Under the pieces are notes generated by a model, which did not search any database, was not told the DNA's origin, and saw nothing but the letters and a program-made list of their open reading frames with translations. A DNA stretch of 64,000 bases from an uncultured delta proteobacterium (GTDB lineage Bacteria; Myxococcota_A; Polyangia; Polyangiales; Polyangiaceae), in NCBI GenBank assembly GCA_963716725.1, contig CAVQUB010000009.1, positions 64,001 through 128,000 on the forward strand, given 5' to 3'. The stretch's first letter is position 1, and each line of letters begins with the position of its first letter. This document shows, piece by piece, positions 36,466 to 45,856 of this stretch. The translations under genes and the position numbers were made by a program.

Positions 36466-39372
36466 ATGGCGCGAGGTCACTCGAACGACGGGTCTGGTGA
36501 CGACCCCATGGAGTCGCCCAAGCCGACGCGACATCCACTTCCGCAATCGGACCACTACCGTCCCACGGTCCCGGCGCCGAAGATCCCGCTGCCGGCCGCC
36601 GCGCACCAGCCAAAGCCCGTTCCTCGCCCGACGCTCGAGACGTTCTCCGGAGACGACCCCACGGCCGTGTTTCCCAGAGCGCCACGCTTGCCGGCGGAAA
36701 GCCGAGCTCGCCTCGAGCCGTTCAACCCGGCGCCGGCCCTCGACGACGGCCCGCCACCGATCCGTCGCGACGACTCCCGCTCATTCCGTGCCAGCCAGCT
36801 TCCCGGCCGGGAGGACTCGCGTGCGTTCCGGCTGAGTCAACTTCCGGGTCGCGAGGACTCGCGCGCGTTCCGCCTGCGTGAGCTGGCGCGCCGACGCCCC
36901 ACGGGCAGCCCTGGGCAGCCCAGCGTGCTGCTGGTGGGTGCGCCCGAGACCTTGGCCGCGGCCCTCGAACCTGCGCTCGCGCGCCACCGCGTGCAGGTCG
37001 TGCTCGCCGGAACCCAGGAGGTCGCCGACGCCGTGATCGCCCTCGCGCCGGACCTCGTCGTCCTGGCGGGTGACGCGGCACGCGACTCCGGTCATCACAT
37101 CTTGCGTGCGCTCGCGCTGTCACCGCAGAGCAGCGTGGTGCCGGTGGCCATCCTCGAAGACGACGCCGAGCTCGAAGCTCGCCTTCGAGCCTTCCGCCAC
37201 GGTGCCGCGGCCGTGATCCCACGCTCCGCGAGCATGGACGAGATGGCAGACAGGATCGCGACCCTGGCCCGGGAGATCCCCGAGCGCGACGGCGAGTCGT
37301 TGGGAGACGTCGGGGAAGCCACGCTGCAGGAGCTGGTCCGCGCCCTCGAGCACGAGCTGCGCACGGGGATTCTGAGCGTACGGGCCGCGAGCGGCGGAGA
37401 AACTCAGGCGATCCGCATCGTGCTCGGCGGTGGGCGCGCGCTGACAGAGACTATCGACGACTTCGTGTCGCGAGTGCGCGACTGCGTGGTGACCGCAGAG
37501 CCACTCTTGTACGAGTTCGACGAACGCGCCGCGGGTACCGTTCAACTTCTGGGCGGCTCGGACGACGAGCAGGCCGAAGCCCGCGTCAACGTCAGGGGCT
37601 TGCGGGTCGTGTTGGCCGATGCGGACGCCGCCAGGGCCGACGCCGTTGCTCAGGAACTTCGCGAGCGCGGCGTGGACGTCGTGGTCACCGATTTGGATCC
37701 CAGCGAGGTTCGCTTCCATCGCATCCGCACCATGGACCCGGCAGTGCTGCTGATCGGTGAGGCGCAGGCCCAGGGCGAGGGGTACGAGTTGATGCGGCGC
37801 ATGCGCCGCGACACCCGGCTGCGGTGGGCGTCGCTGTTGGTCGTGCGCTGGGACGAGGTCTGGTCGGAGGAGCGGGCGGTGCCGGCCATCGAGCGGCTCT
37901 TGGGTACGCTCTCGGCCTTGGCCGAGCCCGAGCGCGCGCTCTCGGAGCGCTCGGACTCACGGGCGGCGTTCGACACACGCCTGGAAATTACCGGACCTGC
38001 GCGGCTCCTGCGCGGCCTGGCGTCGGCGACCAAGCCCGTCCGCGCGACGGTGCAGAATCCACGCCTGCGGGTGCGCATCGACGTCTCCGAAGGCCTGGTC
38101 GTGGGAGCGAGCGGCGAAGTGCTCGCCCCCGAGCCACGCGAGCTGTCCGGACCGGTGGCGCTCGCGGCGTTGATGGTGGTGTCGAGCGGTCGCGTGCACG
38201 TCGAACCCACCGAGCAGCCGCAGACCACGAACCTGATGACCACGCCCGACGTGGCGCTCAACATGGCGGACGCCGAGCCGCCGCCTATCCCGCCGAGCAT
38301 GCCCACGGCGGGGGTGACCGAGTCACGGGCTCAGCGGATCTCGGATCGCCCCCGCGCTGCAAGAGCGAAGCCGAAGCGGAGCTCTGCCAGCACGCTCGGC
38401 ACGCTCGGCTACGCCCTCGCCGGACTCTTCGGTGTGCTCCTGGTCGGGACCCTTGGAGTGCTGGTGCTCGGCAAATCGAACGAGAAGAAGCCCGCACCGG
38501 GCGCGCCGACCAGCCCGAGCCCGCCGGCGCTCGTCACGCCCAACGCCGCTGCGAAGCCGGCGCCGAGCGGCAAACCGGCACCAACACCCGAGCCCGAGCC
38601 GCCCCCCGTGCCGCCGGATGTGGCCGACGGGCTCGCCACCGCGCCGACCTGCGGGAAGCTCCTGGGCAAGTTGCCTCCCAGCCCCGGCGTCTATCCTGGC
38701 GCCGCTTACGATCAGATCCGCGCTGCGCGAAAGGAGCTGGCGCGCGGCGACATGAACGGCTCGCAGGCCGCCTATTGCAAGGCGATGCACTTCGATCCGA
38801 AGAACGCCGAAGCGCGCTCGGGCCTCGCGCGCGTGCTGCTCTCGCGCCGCGATGGCGCGGCCGCCGTGCAGTGGGCACGCGAGGCGGTCAAGCTGAACCC
38901 GGAAGACTCGAGCTCACAGATCTTGCTGGGCGACGCCCTCGCCCTCTCCGGTGACATGGTCAAGGCCGTCGATCCGCTGTTGCTCGGTCACGGCGTCGCG
39001 CCTTCGGACGCCGCAGCGCGGGCCAAGCTGGTCAGGTCGCAGCTCGAACGCGGCGCCGACGCGCAACGCAAGCAGGACCACGCGGCCGCCGAGCGCGCGT
39101 ACCGTCGAGCGCTGGCGCTGGAGCCGACTCACGGGGCGGCCGCCGCGGGCATCGCGCGGTCGCTCCTCGAACAAGGGCAGCTCGAAGCAGCCAAGCACTG
39201 GGCCCGCAGAGCCACCAATCTGGATCCCAAGTCAGCTGCCGCTTTCGTCACCCTGGGCGACGCGCTCTCGAAGACGGGAGAAGGCAGCGCTGCGTCCCGC
39301 GCCTGGAAGAAGGCCGCAGAAGTCGATCCCAACGATCCGGCGGCTCGCGCCCGCGCCATGACCGCCGAGTGA
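36466..39372 (+). CDS. Membrane protein with two receiver-like/DUF4388-like modules and extracytoplasmic TPRs
   Basis: PDLVVL and PAVLLI receiver-like strands; LQELVRALEHELRTGILSV; TM helix; TPR repeats; start codon uncertain. Confidence 0.75.
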   Translation: MARGHSNDGSGDDPMESPKPTRHPLPQSDHYRPTVPAPKIPLPAAAHQPKPVPRPTLETFSGDDPTAVFPRAPRLPAESRARLEPFNPAPALDDGPPPIRRDDSRSFRASQLPGREDSRAFRLSQLPGREDSRAFRLRELARRRPTGSPGQPSVLLVGAPETLAAALEPALARHRVQVVLAGTQEVADAVIALAPDLVVLAGDAARDSGHHILRALALSPQSSVVPVAILEDDAELEARLRAFRHGAAAVIPRSASMDEMADRIATLAREIPERDGESLGDVGEATLQELVRALEHELRTGILSVRAASGGETQAIRIVLGGGRALTETIDDFVSRVRDCVVTAEPLLYEFDERAAGTVQLLGGSDDEQAEARVNVRGLRVVLADADAARADAVAQELRERGVDVVVTDLDPSEVRFHRIRTMDPAVLLIGEAQAQGEGYELMRRMRRDTRLRWASLLVVRWDEVWSEERAVPAIERLLGTLSALAEPERALSERSDSRAAFDTRLEITGPARLLRGLASATKPVRATVQNPRLRVRIDVSEGLVVGASGEVLAPEPRELSGPVALAALMVVSSGRVHVEPTEQPQTTNLMTTPDVALNMADAEPPPIPPSMPTAGVTESRAQRISDRPRAARAKPKRSSASTLGTLGYALAGLFGVLLVGTLGVLVLGKSNEKKPAPGAPTSPSPPALVTPNAAAKPAPSGKPAPTPEPEPPPVPPDVADGLATAPTCGKLLGKLPPSPGVYPGAAYDQIRAARKELARGDMNGSQAAYCKAMHFDPKNAEARSGLARVLLSRRDGAAAVQWAREAVKLNPEDSSSQILLGDALALSGDMVKAVDPLLLGHGVAPSDAAARAKLVRSQLERGADAQRKQDHAAAERAYRRALALEPTHGAAAAGIARSLLEQGQLEAAKHWARRATNLDPKSAAAFVTLGDALSKTGEGSAASRAWKKAAEVDPNDPAARARAMTAE

Positions 39373-39412
39373 GGCTTGCCTCGCGGCGGGCTGCGCTCTA
39401 GGAACTCTGCCG

Positions 39413-40297
39413 ATGCCCGCCGGAAGTCTGCTCGCGCTGCTCGACGACATCACCAGCACGCTCGACGACGTCGCGGCGATGACCAAGGTCGCGACCAAGA
39501 AGACCGCCGGTGTGCTGGGCGACGATCTCGCGCTCAACGCCGAGCAGGTCGCCGGCGTGAGCGCCGACCGCGAGCTCCCGGTGGTGTGGGCCGTGGCCAA
39601 AGGGTCGGCCAAGAACAAACTCATCCTCGCGCCAGCGGCGTTGCTGCTCAGCGCCGTCGCGCCTTGGGCCGTGACCCCGCTCCTGATGTTCGGCGGCACC
39701 TTCTTGTGCTTCGAGGGCGTCGAGAAGCTCGCCCACAAATTCCTCCACCGCGGCGAAGCCCATGCGCCAATCGCTGAGGTCGATCCGCAGCAGGCCGAAA
39801 AGGCGAAGATCCGCGGCGCCATCCGCACCGACTTCGTGCTCTCCGCGGAGATCATCGTGATCGCGCTCGGGACGGTCGCCACGGCTCCGCTCCCGAAACG
39901 CGTTCTAGTGGTATGCGTGCTCGCGGCGTTGATGACGGTCGGGGTCTACGGGCTCGTGGCGGGCATCGTGAAGCTCGACGATCTGGGCCTTTCGTTGCTG
40001 CGGCGATCGAGCAGTGTGGCGCGCAAGGTCGGCGGCGCGATCATCCGCGCGGTGCCCTATTTGATGAAGGCGCTGGCCATTGCGGGCACGCTCGCGATGT
40101 TCTTGGTGGGCGGCGGCATCTTGACGCACGGCTTTCCGCGGCTCGAGCGGTTGATTGCGGGATGGGCCGCGGCGGCAGGTCCCGCCAAGGCGCTCGTGCC
40201 CGCGCTCGTAGACTTGGGAGTCGGCGTGGTGGTCGGCACTGTCGCGCTCACGCTCTGGACCGGCGCCTCGCGTGTGCTGCGCCGCGCCAAGTCGTGA
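39413..40297 (+). CDS. DUF808 (YedI) family membrane protein
   Basis: LLALLDDI, KKTAGVLGDDLALNAEQV, GAIRTDFVLSAEII. Confidence 0.92.
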   Translation: MPAGSLLALLDDITSTLDDVAAMTKVATKKTAGVLGDDLALNAEQVAGVSADRELPVVWAVAKGSAKNKLILAPAALLLSAVAPWAVTPLLMFGGTFLCFEGVEKLAHKFLHRGEAHAPIAEVDPQQAEKAKIRGAIRTDFVLSAEIIVIALGTVATAPLPKRVLVVCVLAALMTVGVYGLVAGIVKLDDLGLSLLRRSSSVARKVGGAIIRAVPYLMKALAIAGTLAMFLVGGGILTHGFPRLERLIAGWAAAAGPAKALVPALVDLGVGVVVGTVALTLWTGASRVLRRAKS

Positions 40298-40303
40298 TGC
40301 GTC

Positions 40304-41035
40304 TTAGCGATCCGGGTCGCCGAGGTACTCGAAGTGCATGGTGTCTTCGAGGGAATCGTGCCCGAGCCAGTAGAATCCGTGCCGCTCGAAGGAGTCGATC
40401 CAACAGCGGGTGAGTTCGGTCTTCTCGAAGACGCTCTTCGCCCCGCTCTTGCAGTAGCGATGGTTGGGCCACGGGTCGACGCACCCGCAACAGGGGTTGC
40501 GGTCGGGGTCGATGTCGATGGCGATGCCGAACATATGATTCGAGACCTCGCCCTGGCGATAGGTGTTGGCCTCGCGAAAGCCGCCGATGGCCTTGGGAAC
40601 GTAGCGCTTGCCCTTGCCTCCACAGCTCTTGCGAATCGTCCGCTCGACGCAGCGCAGCTTGGGCACGATCTTCTTGTGCACGCGGATGGGCAAGCCCATG
40701 AAGGTGATCTGCGCTGCCTGGGAGATCGCGCTGTGCTTGGCGAAATCCTCGAGGCCCGCACCCTCGACCCAGCCGTAGCGCTCGGCGCGGAAGCGTAGCG
40801 CTTTGGGCAGGCCGCCGTTCTTCAGGTAGTTCTTCCGGATCAAGAACGACTTGGGCTTCTCGCGAGCGCAGGACTTGCTCGACTTCTTGGGCTTCGCACG
40901 GCGAACCGCCTCGGCACGCTTCGGGGCACGAGCCTCGGCCCCTCGCTTTGGCTCGGCCTGACCGGAGCCGGGCAGCGCCGCCAGCAGCGCGCACAGCACC
41001 AGGCTGCCGCCTGCGATGCGAAGAGTCCACGACAT
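40304..41035 (-). CDS. Secreted M15 family metallopeptidase
   Basis: SNHMFGIAIDID (SxHxxGxAxD) and DTMHFE zinc ligands; signal peptide. Confidence 0.88.
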   Translation of the reverse strand: MSWTLRIAGGSLVLCALLAALPGSGQAEPKRGAEARAPKRAEAVRRAKPKKSSKSCAREKPKSFLIRKNYLKNGGLPKALRFRAERYGWVEGAGLEDFAKHSAISQAAQITFMGLPIRVHKKIVPKLRCVERTIRKSCGGKGKRYVPKAIGGFREANTYRQGEVSNHMFGIAIDIDPDRNPCCGCVDPWPNHRYCKSGAKSVFEKTELTRCWIDSFERHGFYWLGHDSLEDTMHFEYLGDPDR

Positions 41036-41180
41036 GGGCAGTGTCACCTAGCGCGACCTTGGCCCTCTGCCCAAGAAATTCCACAGAAATCTTGGCCCGC
41101 GCGCCCGCGCTCTGCGCACACGGAGGCTGGGCCGGCCCGGGGGCTAGCGTTTTCGAACACGGCCTGCCAAAGGATCTCGC

Positions 41181-42104
41181 ATGAAGCGCACGTTGCTCCT
41201 CGCCGCACTCTGCACGACCGCCGCGTGCTCGACCGTGGGCTCCAACTGGATGGCGCAACCGCTCCCGGATGAAGAATTCCCCGCCCTGCCCAGCGGGGCC
41301 GGCGGCAAGGGCAGCAAGCCTCGTGCTCCGCGCGCCGGCGCCCTCGGTCCTCACACCCTGAGCGACGAGGACTCGGAACGCGGCGCCAAGCCCCTCAGTG
41401 ATGAGCCGCTGCGACCGGTGCGTCGGGTCGGCGGCAAGCTCGAGGGCAAGGTCCTCGGAAGGTTTCGCAACACCTACTACGACTTTCCCAGTGAGTCGGA
41501 TCACAGCGGTCCGACGGTCGCCCTCAAGAACCCCGAGTGCCAGACGATCAAGGACGTGCCCAAGGGGTTCTACGAGTCGGTCTGTGTGCAGGGCAGCGGG
41601 ACCCTGAGCAGCGGTCAGACCGTCAGCTTTGCCAAACGGGACTGCGCCTGCGCCGCGGTGTGCAGCAAGACCAACCAGAAGATCTGCTTCGATGCCCTCG
41701 ACCCGAAGCAATTCCCTTACGGCCGAGGCGCGACGGGCGGCGCCATCACGCCGCTTTACACGGTCGCGGTGGACAGCGACGTCATCCCCCTCGGCACCAC
41801 GCTCTACATCCCTGAGCTCGAAGGCATGCCGCGCGACGCCGAGTCCACGGGCCTGCACGACGGCTGTTTCATCGCCCAAGATCGCGGCTTGCGCGTGAAG
41901 GGCAAACACGTCGACGTCTTCACCGGTCACCCGAGCATGACGCGCTTGTGGAACAAGCTCGCGCCGAGCAACAACGGCGTCACCGTGGTTTTGGACAGCC
42001 CGAAGTGCGCCCGCGCTGGCAACGATGCGGCTGCGCTGACGGCCCCGGCAAAAGCCAGCGAGCCGGAGAAGAAGACCAGGACCAAGAAGCGCGACGCGGA
42101 CTGA
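41181..42104 (+). CDS. 3D-domain lipoprotein (MltA-like)
   Basis: Lipobox TTAAC; TVAVDSDVIPLGT, IAQDRG, HVDVFTG. Confidence 0.9.
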   Translation: MKRTLLLAALCTTAACSTVGSNWMAQPLPDEEFPALPSGAGGKGSKPRAPRAGALGPHTLSDEDSERGAKPLSDEPLRPVRRVGGKLEGKVLGRFRNTYYDFPSESDHSGPTVALKNPECQTIKDVPKGFYESVCVQGSGTLSSGQTVSFAKRDCACAAVCSKTNQKICFDALDPKQFPYGRGATGGAITPLYTVAVDSDVIPLGTTLYIPELEGMPRDAESTGLHDGCFIAQDRGLRVKGKHVDVFTGHPSMTRLWNKLAPSNNGVTVVLDSPKCARAGNDAAALTAPAKASEPEKKTRTKKRDAD

Positions 42105-42116
42105 GCGCGCGAATGT

Positions 42117-42896
42117 TCAGCAGGTCCCGCAACCCTCGGAGGTGACCTCGCTCACGCAGATGCTGTCCCAGCTGTACTGACAGCAGTACGAGTCAGCCGC
42201 GCAGACGCACGCCGCGACGGCAGAGTTGCTGCAACTCGGAGTGGTTTGGACGAAGCAGCAATCGCCGGCTGGTCCACCGCCCGTGCCACCCGTGCCGCCG
42301 GTGCCGCCGGTGCCGCCGGTTGCGCCGGTGCCGCCAGTACCGCCAGTGCCGCCAGTGCCGCCGGTGCCGCCAGTGCCGCCGGTGCCACCGGTGCCGCAGG
42401 TGCCACAGCCCACGGTCTTCACCTCGCTGACGCAGCCCTCGTCCCACCTGCTCTTGCAACAGAACGCGTCCTTGGCGCAGACGCAGCTCTCAATCGTCTT
42501 GTTGCTGCAGCCGGGTACGTTGTGAGGCGTGCAGCAGTCCCCGCCCGTCGACGTCCCTCCGCTGCCACCGGCGCCTCCGGTCGAGCCACCGGCGCCCCCG
42601 GTCGAGCCGCCGGCGCCTCCGGTCGAGCCGCCGGCGCCTCCGGTCGAGCCGCCGGCTCCGGCTGATCCGGCGCCGCCGCCCGTCGCGCCGCCGCCCGTTG
42701 CGCCTACGCCACCAACACCGCCGCCAACGCCGCCGCCAACGCCGCCGCCGAAGCCACCGGACGACGCACCCCCAGTGTTCGAGCCGCCGAGTCCGGAGTC
42801 GGATCCGCCAAAGGAACTCTGCTCGGACTGAGCGCACCCGATCACGAAGACGGCGCCGGCGAAGACGAAATGAAGCTGGGACCCAAGAGCACGCAT
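42117..42896 (-). CDS. Gly-rich lipoprotein with two copies of a Cys-rich module
   Basis: Lipobox FVIGC; DCC...CVC..D.(F/Y)CC...WD..CVSEV...GCGTC occurs twice. Confidence 0.85.
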   Translation of the reverse strand: MRALGSQLHFVFAGAVFVIGCAQSEQSSFGGSDSGLGGSNTGGASSGGFGGGVGGGVGGGVGGVGATGGGATGGGAGSAGAGGSTGGAGGSTGGAGGSTGGAGGSTGGAGGSGGTSTGGDCCTPHNVPGCSNKTIESCVCAKDAFCCKSRWDEGCVSEVKTVGCGTCGTGGTGGTGGTGGTGGTGGTGGTGATGGTGGTGGTGGTGGGPAGDCCFVQTTPSCSNSAVAACVCAADSYCCQYSWDSICVSEVTSEGCGTC

Positions 42897-42992
42897 GGTC
42901 CCGATTCTAGTTCAGGTCAGCCATGTCGGCCACGGGCATCACGACGGCGGCGAAGGCCGGCACCCGGTGCCGGCCTGGCCACGCGATCGAAC

Positions 42993-43575
42993 TCAGTTGC
43001 AGAGGCCGAGCGTCCCGAGCTTCGCGTCGAACGCGGTGCACGTGCCGCCACTGCAGTCCGAGCTCGAGCAGCAGAACTTCTTGCAGGTTCCAGTGCCTGA
43101 ATCGCCCACGGTGTCGCAGTGCAGCGTGCCTTCGCAGAAATTCGCGTTGGAGCAAGTCGCGCCGAGTTTCTGGTCGTTCGGCGCCGGGTAGCACTCGAAG
43201 TCTTTTGTCGCCAAAGTCACAGGCTTCGCCGCTCGCCGTGTTGCAAGCCTCGTTGGTGACGGGATTGCAGTTGGCAGAGAGGCCGTCCACACAGCCCGGT
43301 GGCAGCGTGACGCTGCCGCCGCCCCCGCTGGAGCTGCCGCCCGACGAGCTGCCACCGGAGGGCATGCCGCCCGACGAACTGCCGCCCGACGAGCTGCCAC
43401 CGGAGGGCATGCCGCCCGACGAGCTGCCGCCCACTCCGCCGCCCACTCCGCCGCCGCCACCGGTCGCGGTCGAGCCGCCCGTGCCGCCGCCACCGCCTCC
43501 TGTGCTCGAGCACGCAACCAACGACGCCGCCCCAACGACACCCACTAGAACTCCGATCAACACCTGGCTCTTCAT
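42993..43575 (-). pseudogene. Cys-rich lipoprotein with one frameshift in an A-run near 43203-43206
   Basis: MKSQVLIG...SLVAC frame reads to CDFGDK; the next frame continues DFECYPAPN...CKKFCCSSSDC...LGLCN stop. Confidence 0.8.
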
Positions 43576-43756
43576 GACAAGACTCCTCTGGATTGGGGCA
43601 GGCACGCGCACGCGCGTGGGTCCGCCACGCCCAACGGCGGACGCGACTCCGTAGCAGCAACGCGGGCAGCGTTCAACGAAAGTGATGACACGCGGCGGGC
43701 TACCACCTTGCGCGGGTGCAAGCGGCGCCAGGTCGTGGCGCTGCTGCGCCCACGCC

Positions 43757-45361
43757 TCAGGGCGAGTACTCGTAGGCCCCGGAGTCGCACTTGCCCACTC
43801 GCGGCTGGCCGCGCTGGTCGAAGGTTGGACAGGTGTCCGAGACGTCAATGGCCGGGCTGCCCGCGGCGAGCGCCAGGGTCCGGGTGGGTCCGCCGTTGTC
43901 GGCCAGGGCCGCGAGCTTTGGATCGGCAAAGACCGCGCTGGCGGTGCAGGGTTTGTCGTCGCTTCCGCTCTTCCTCTTGGCTGGCCATTGGATCACCCCG
44001 CCGCCGTCTTCGAAGGTCTCGTGACAGGCGAGGGCGCTGAACTGGTTTTCCGTGGTGTTGTTCGCGAAGATCACGTTGGTGAGCTTCACCGTACCGCTCT
44101 GGCCCTTGAAGATGACCGGCCCGTAGTCGGCCGAGCTGTTGGCGAAGGTGCAGCTCTCGACATCGACGCTGCCGTTACCCGCCCAGAGCGCGCCGGCGTT
44201 GCCGGGGGTCGTGTTGCCGTCAAAGGTGCAGTTTTCGATCTTCGCGTCGCTACCGCCACCCAAGAACAGCCCGCCGGCGTGCTGGCCCGTCGAGTTGTTG
44301 GAGAAGGTCGAGCCGGCGAGCAAGAGCGGGACTCCCTCGTGGTAGACGCTGCCGGTGCCGCCGCCGGGGCTGCCGGCCATGTCGTTGCCCGCAAAGGTGG
44401 TGCTCGAGATGGTCGCGCCGGTTCCTTCGAGGTTGTAGGAAAAGAGCGCGCTACCGTGGACCTTGGCGTGGTTTTGCTCGAATACGCTGCCGCACATCAC
44501 GAAGTTCTTCGGTGCGTCGAGCCACATGCGGTCGATGTAGAGGCCACCGCCGTTTCCGTACTGTCCGCTCTCGGCGTAGGTCGTCGCCGAGTTGCCTCGG
44601 AACACCGAGCTCGAAACCTCGAGGTTGGTGCTGCGGCTGAGCACTCCTCCGCCCGTCGAGCCGCTGTTGCCTTCGAACACGCAGCCTGACAGCACCGCGC
44701 GGGTGAGACCGCCGGCGTAGATGGCGCCGCCACCGACGTCGTGGTCCTTGCTCTCGCTGTGGTTGTTCCGAAAGTCGACGTCGATGGCCTCCAGCGTGCC
44801 GAACCACGGGTGAAGGAGCCCCGCACCGCTCTCGTTCTCGCTGCCCGCTTTGACGAAGCCGTCGACGATGTCGATGCGCTGAATGACGAAGTCGAGGTGA
44901 TGATCGAGCTCGATCACACGCACCTTGCCGCCACCGCTGAGCGTGACCGTCCCGCCGCCGTCGAGGGTCATCTTCTTGGAGACGAACACGGATTTGGTGA
45001 GCGTGATGGTGTGCGGCCCGCCGCAGTCGAACAGCACGGTTCCGCCAGCGCTCGAGACGTTGACTTTGGCGACGGCGTCGTGCAGCGCCTGCTCGGTGCA
45101 CGATGCCGGGCTGCCGCTCCCCACTTTCTCCACCTGCCCCGTGGGCTCCCGTGGCGCGAGCTTGCCGGGGCAGTCCGCGGTCGGCGGCGCCCCGCCCGTC
45201 GACGAGGCCCCCGAGCCGCCGGTCCCTCCAGACGCGCCGCTCCCGCCGGCACCAGAGCTGGCACCCGCGCCGCCCGAGCCGGCACTTCCCTCGGCAGGGT
45301 CACTCTCGCCACAACCGGTGGTCAGCAGCAGCGCGAGCGCTGCGACGCGGAGACACGACAT
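43757..45361 (-). CDS. Parallel beta-helix (Pmp-like GGA repeat) lipoprotein with choice-of-anchor Q-like C-terminus
   Basis: Lipobox LTTGC; FxxN...GG(A/G) repeats; LADNGGPTRTLAL..GSPAID...DQRG...CDSGAYE. Confidence 0.88.
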   Translation of the reverse strand: MSCLRVAALALLLTTGCGESDPAEGSAGSGGAGASSGAGGSGASGGTGGSGASSTGGAPPTADCPGKLAPREPTGQVEKVGSGSPASCTEQALHDAVAKVNVSSAGGTVLFDCGGPHTITLTKSVFVSKKMTLDGGGTVTLSGGGKVRVIELDHHLDFVIQRIDIVDGFVKAGSENESGAGLLHPWFGTLEAIDVDFRNNHSESKDHDVGGGAIYAGGLTRAVLSGCVFEGNSGSTGGGVLSRSTNLEVSSSVFRGNSATTYAESGQYGNGGGLYIDRMWLDAPKNFVMCGSVFEQNHAKVHGSALFSYNLEGTGATISSTTFAGNDMAGSPGGGTGSVYHEGVPLLLAGSTFSNNSTGQHAGGLFLGGGSDAKIENCTFDGNTTPGNAGALWAGNGSVDVESCTFANSSADYGPVIFKGQSGTVKLTNVIFANNTTENQFSALACHETFEDGGGVIQWPAKRKSGSDDKPCTASAVFADPKLAALADNGGPTRTLALAAGSPAIDVSDTCPTFDQRGQPRVGKCDSGAYEYSP

Positions 45362-45445
45362 TGGGTAATCTTACGCGGGCAGCACCACGCCGGTCGAGGC
45401 GGTGGGCACCAGCGTTGACGGCCGTCGGCGAATTGCGGGATCATC

Positions 45446-45856
45446 GTGGACGTGGCGGAACCGGACGGCTCGTCGTCGATCGACACGTCCGCCGCCCGAA
45501 TCGAGGTCGAGGCGGACGGGGTCGTGGTGATCCACGTCAAGGCCGGTGTCGACCTGAAGGAGGAGCACATGCGGGAGATCCTCGCGGCCAGGTTCACGCT
45601 CGTGCCGCGTGCGGCGGCCGTGCTGGTGGACGCGCGCTACGTTCGCAGCATGACGCGCGCGTCCATGGAGCTCTCGGCCAACCCCGACGTGCGCCCGTTC
45701 ACCGCCCGTCTCGGGGTTCTGGTGGAGAGCCCAGTGTCGGTGGTGCTCACCAACTTCTTCATGGTGTTCATTCGCCCGCCCTACCCGACCAGGCTCTTCC
45801 GTGATGAGAGCGCGGCTCGATCCTGGCTCCGCCTGTTTCGGAGGCCGAGTTCGTGA
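45446..45856 (+). CDS. Small STAS/SEC14-like (SpoIIAA-like) protein
   Basis: VLVDAR, NFFMVFIRPPYPTRLFRDESAARSWL; GTGA-coupled to the kinase. Confidence 0.65.
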   Translation: MDVAEPDGSSSIDTSAARIEVEADGVVVIHVKAGVDLKEEHMREILAARFTLVPRAAAVLVDARYVRSMTRASMELSANPDVRPFTARLGVLVESPVSVVLTNFFMVFIRPPYPTRLFRDESAARSWLRLFRRPSS

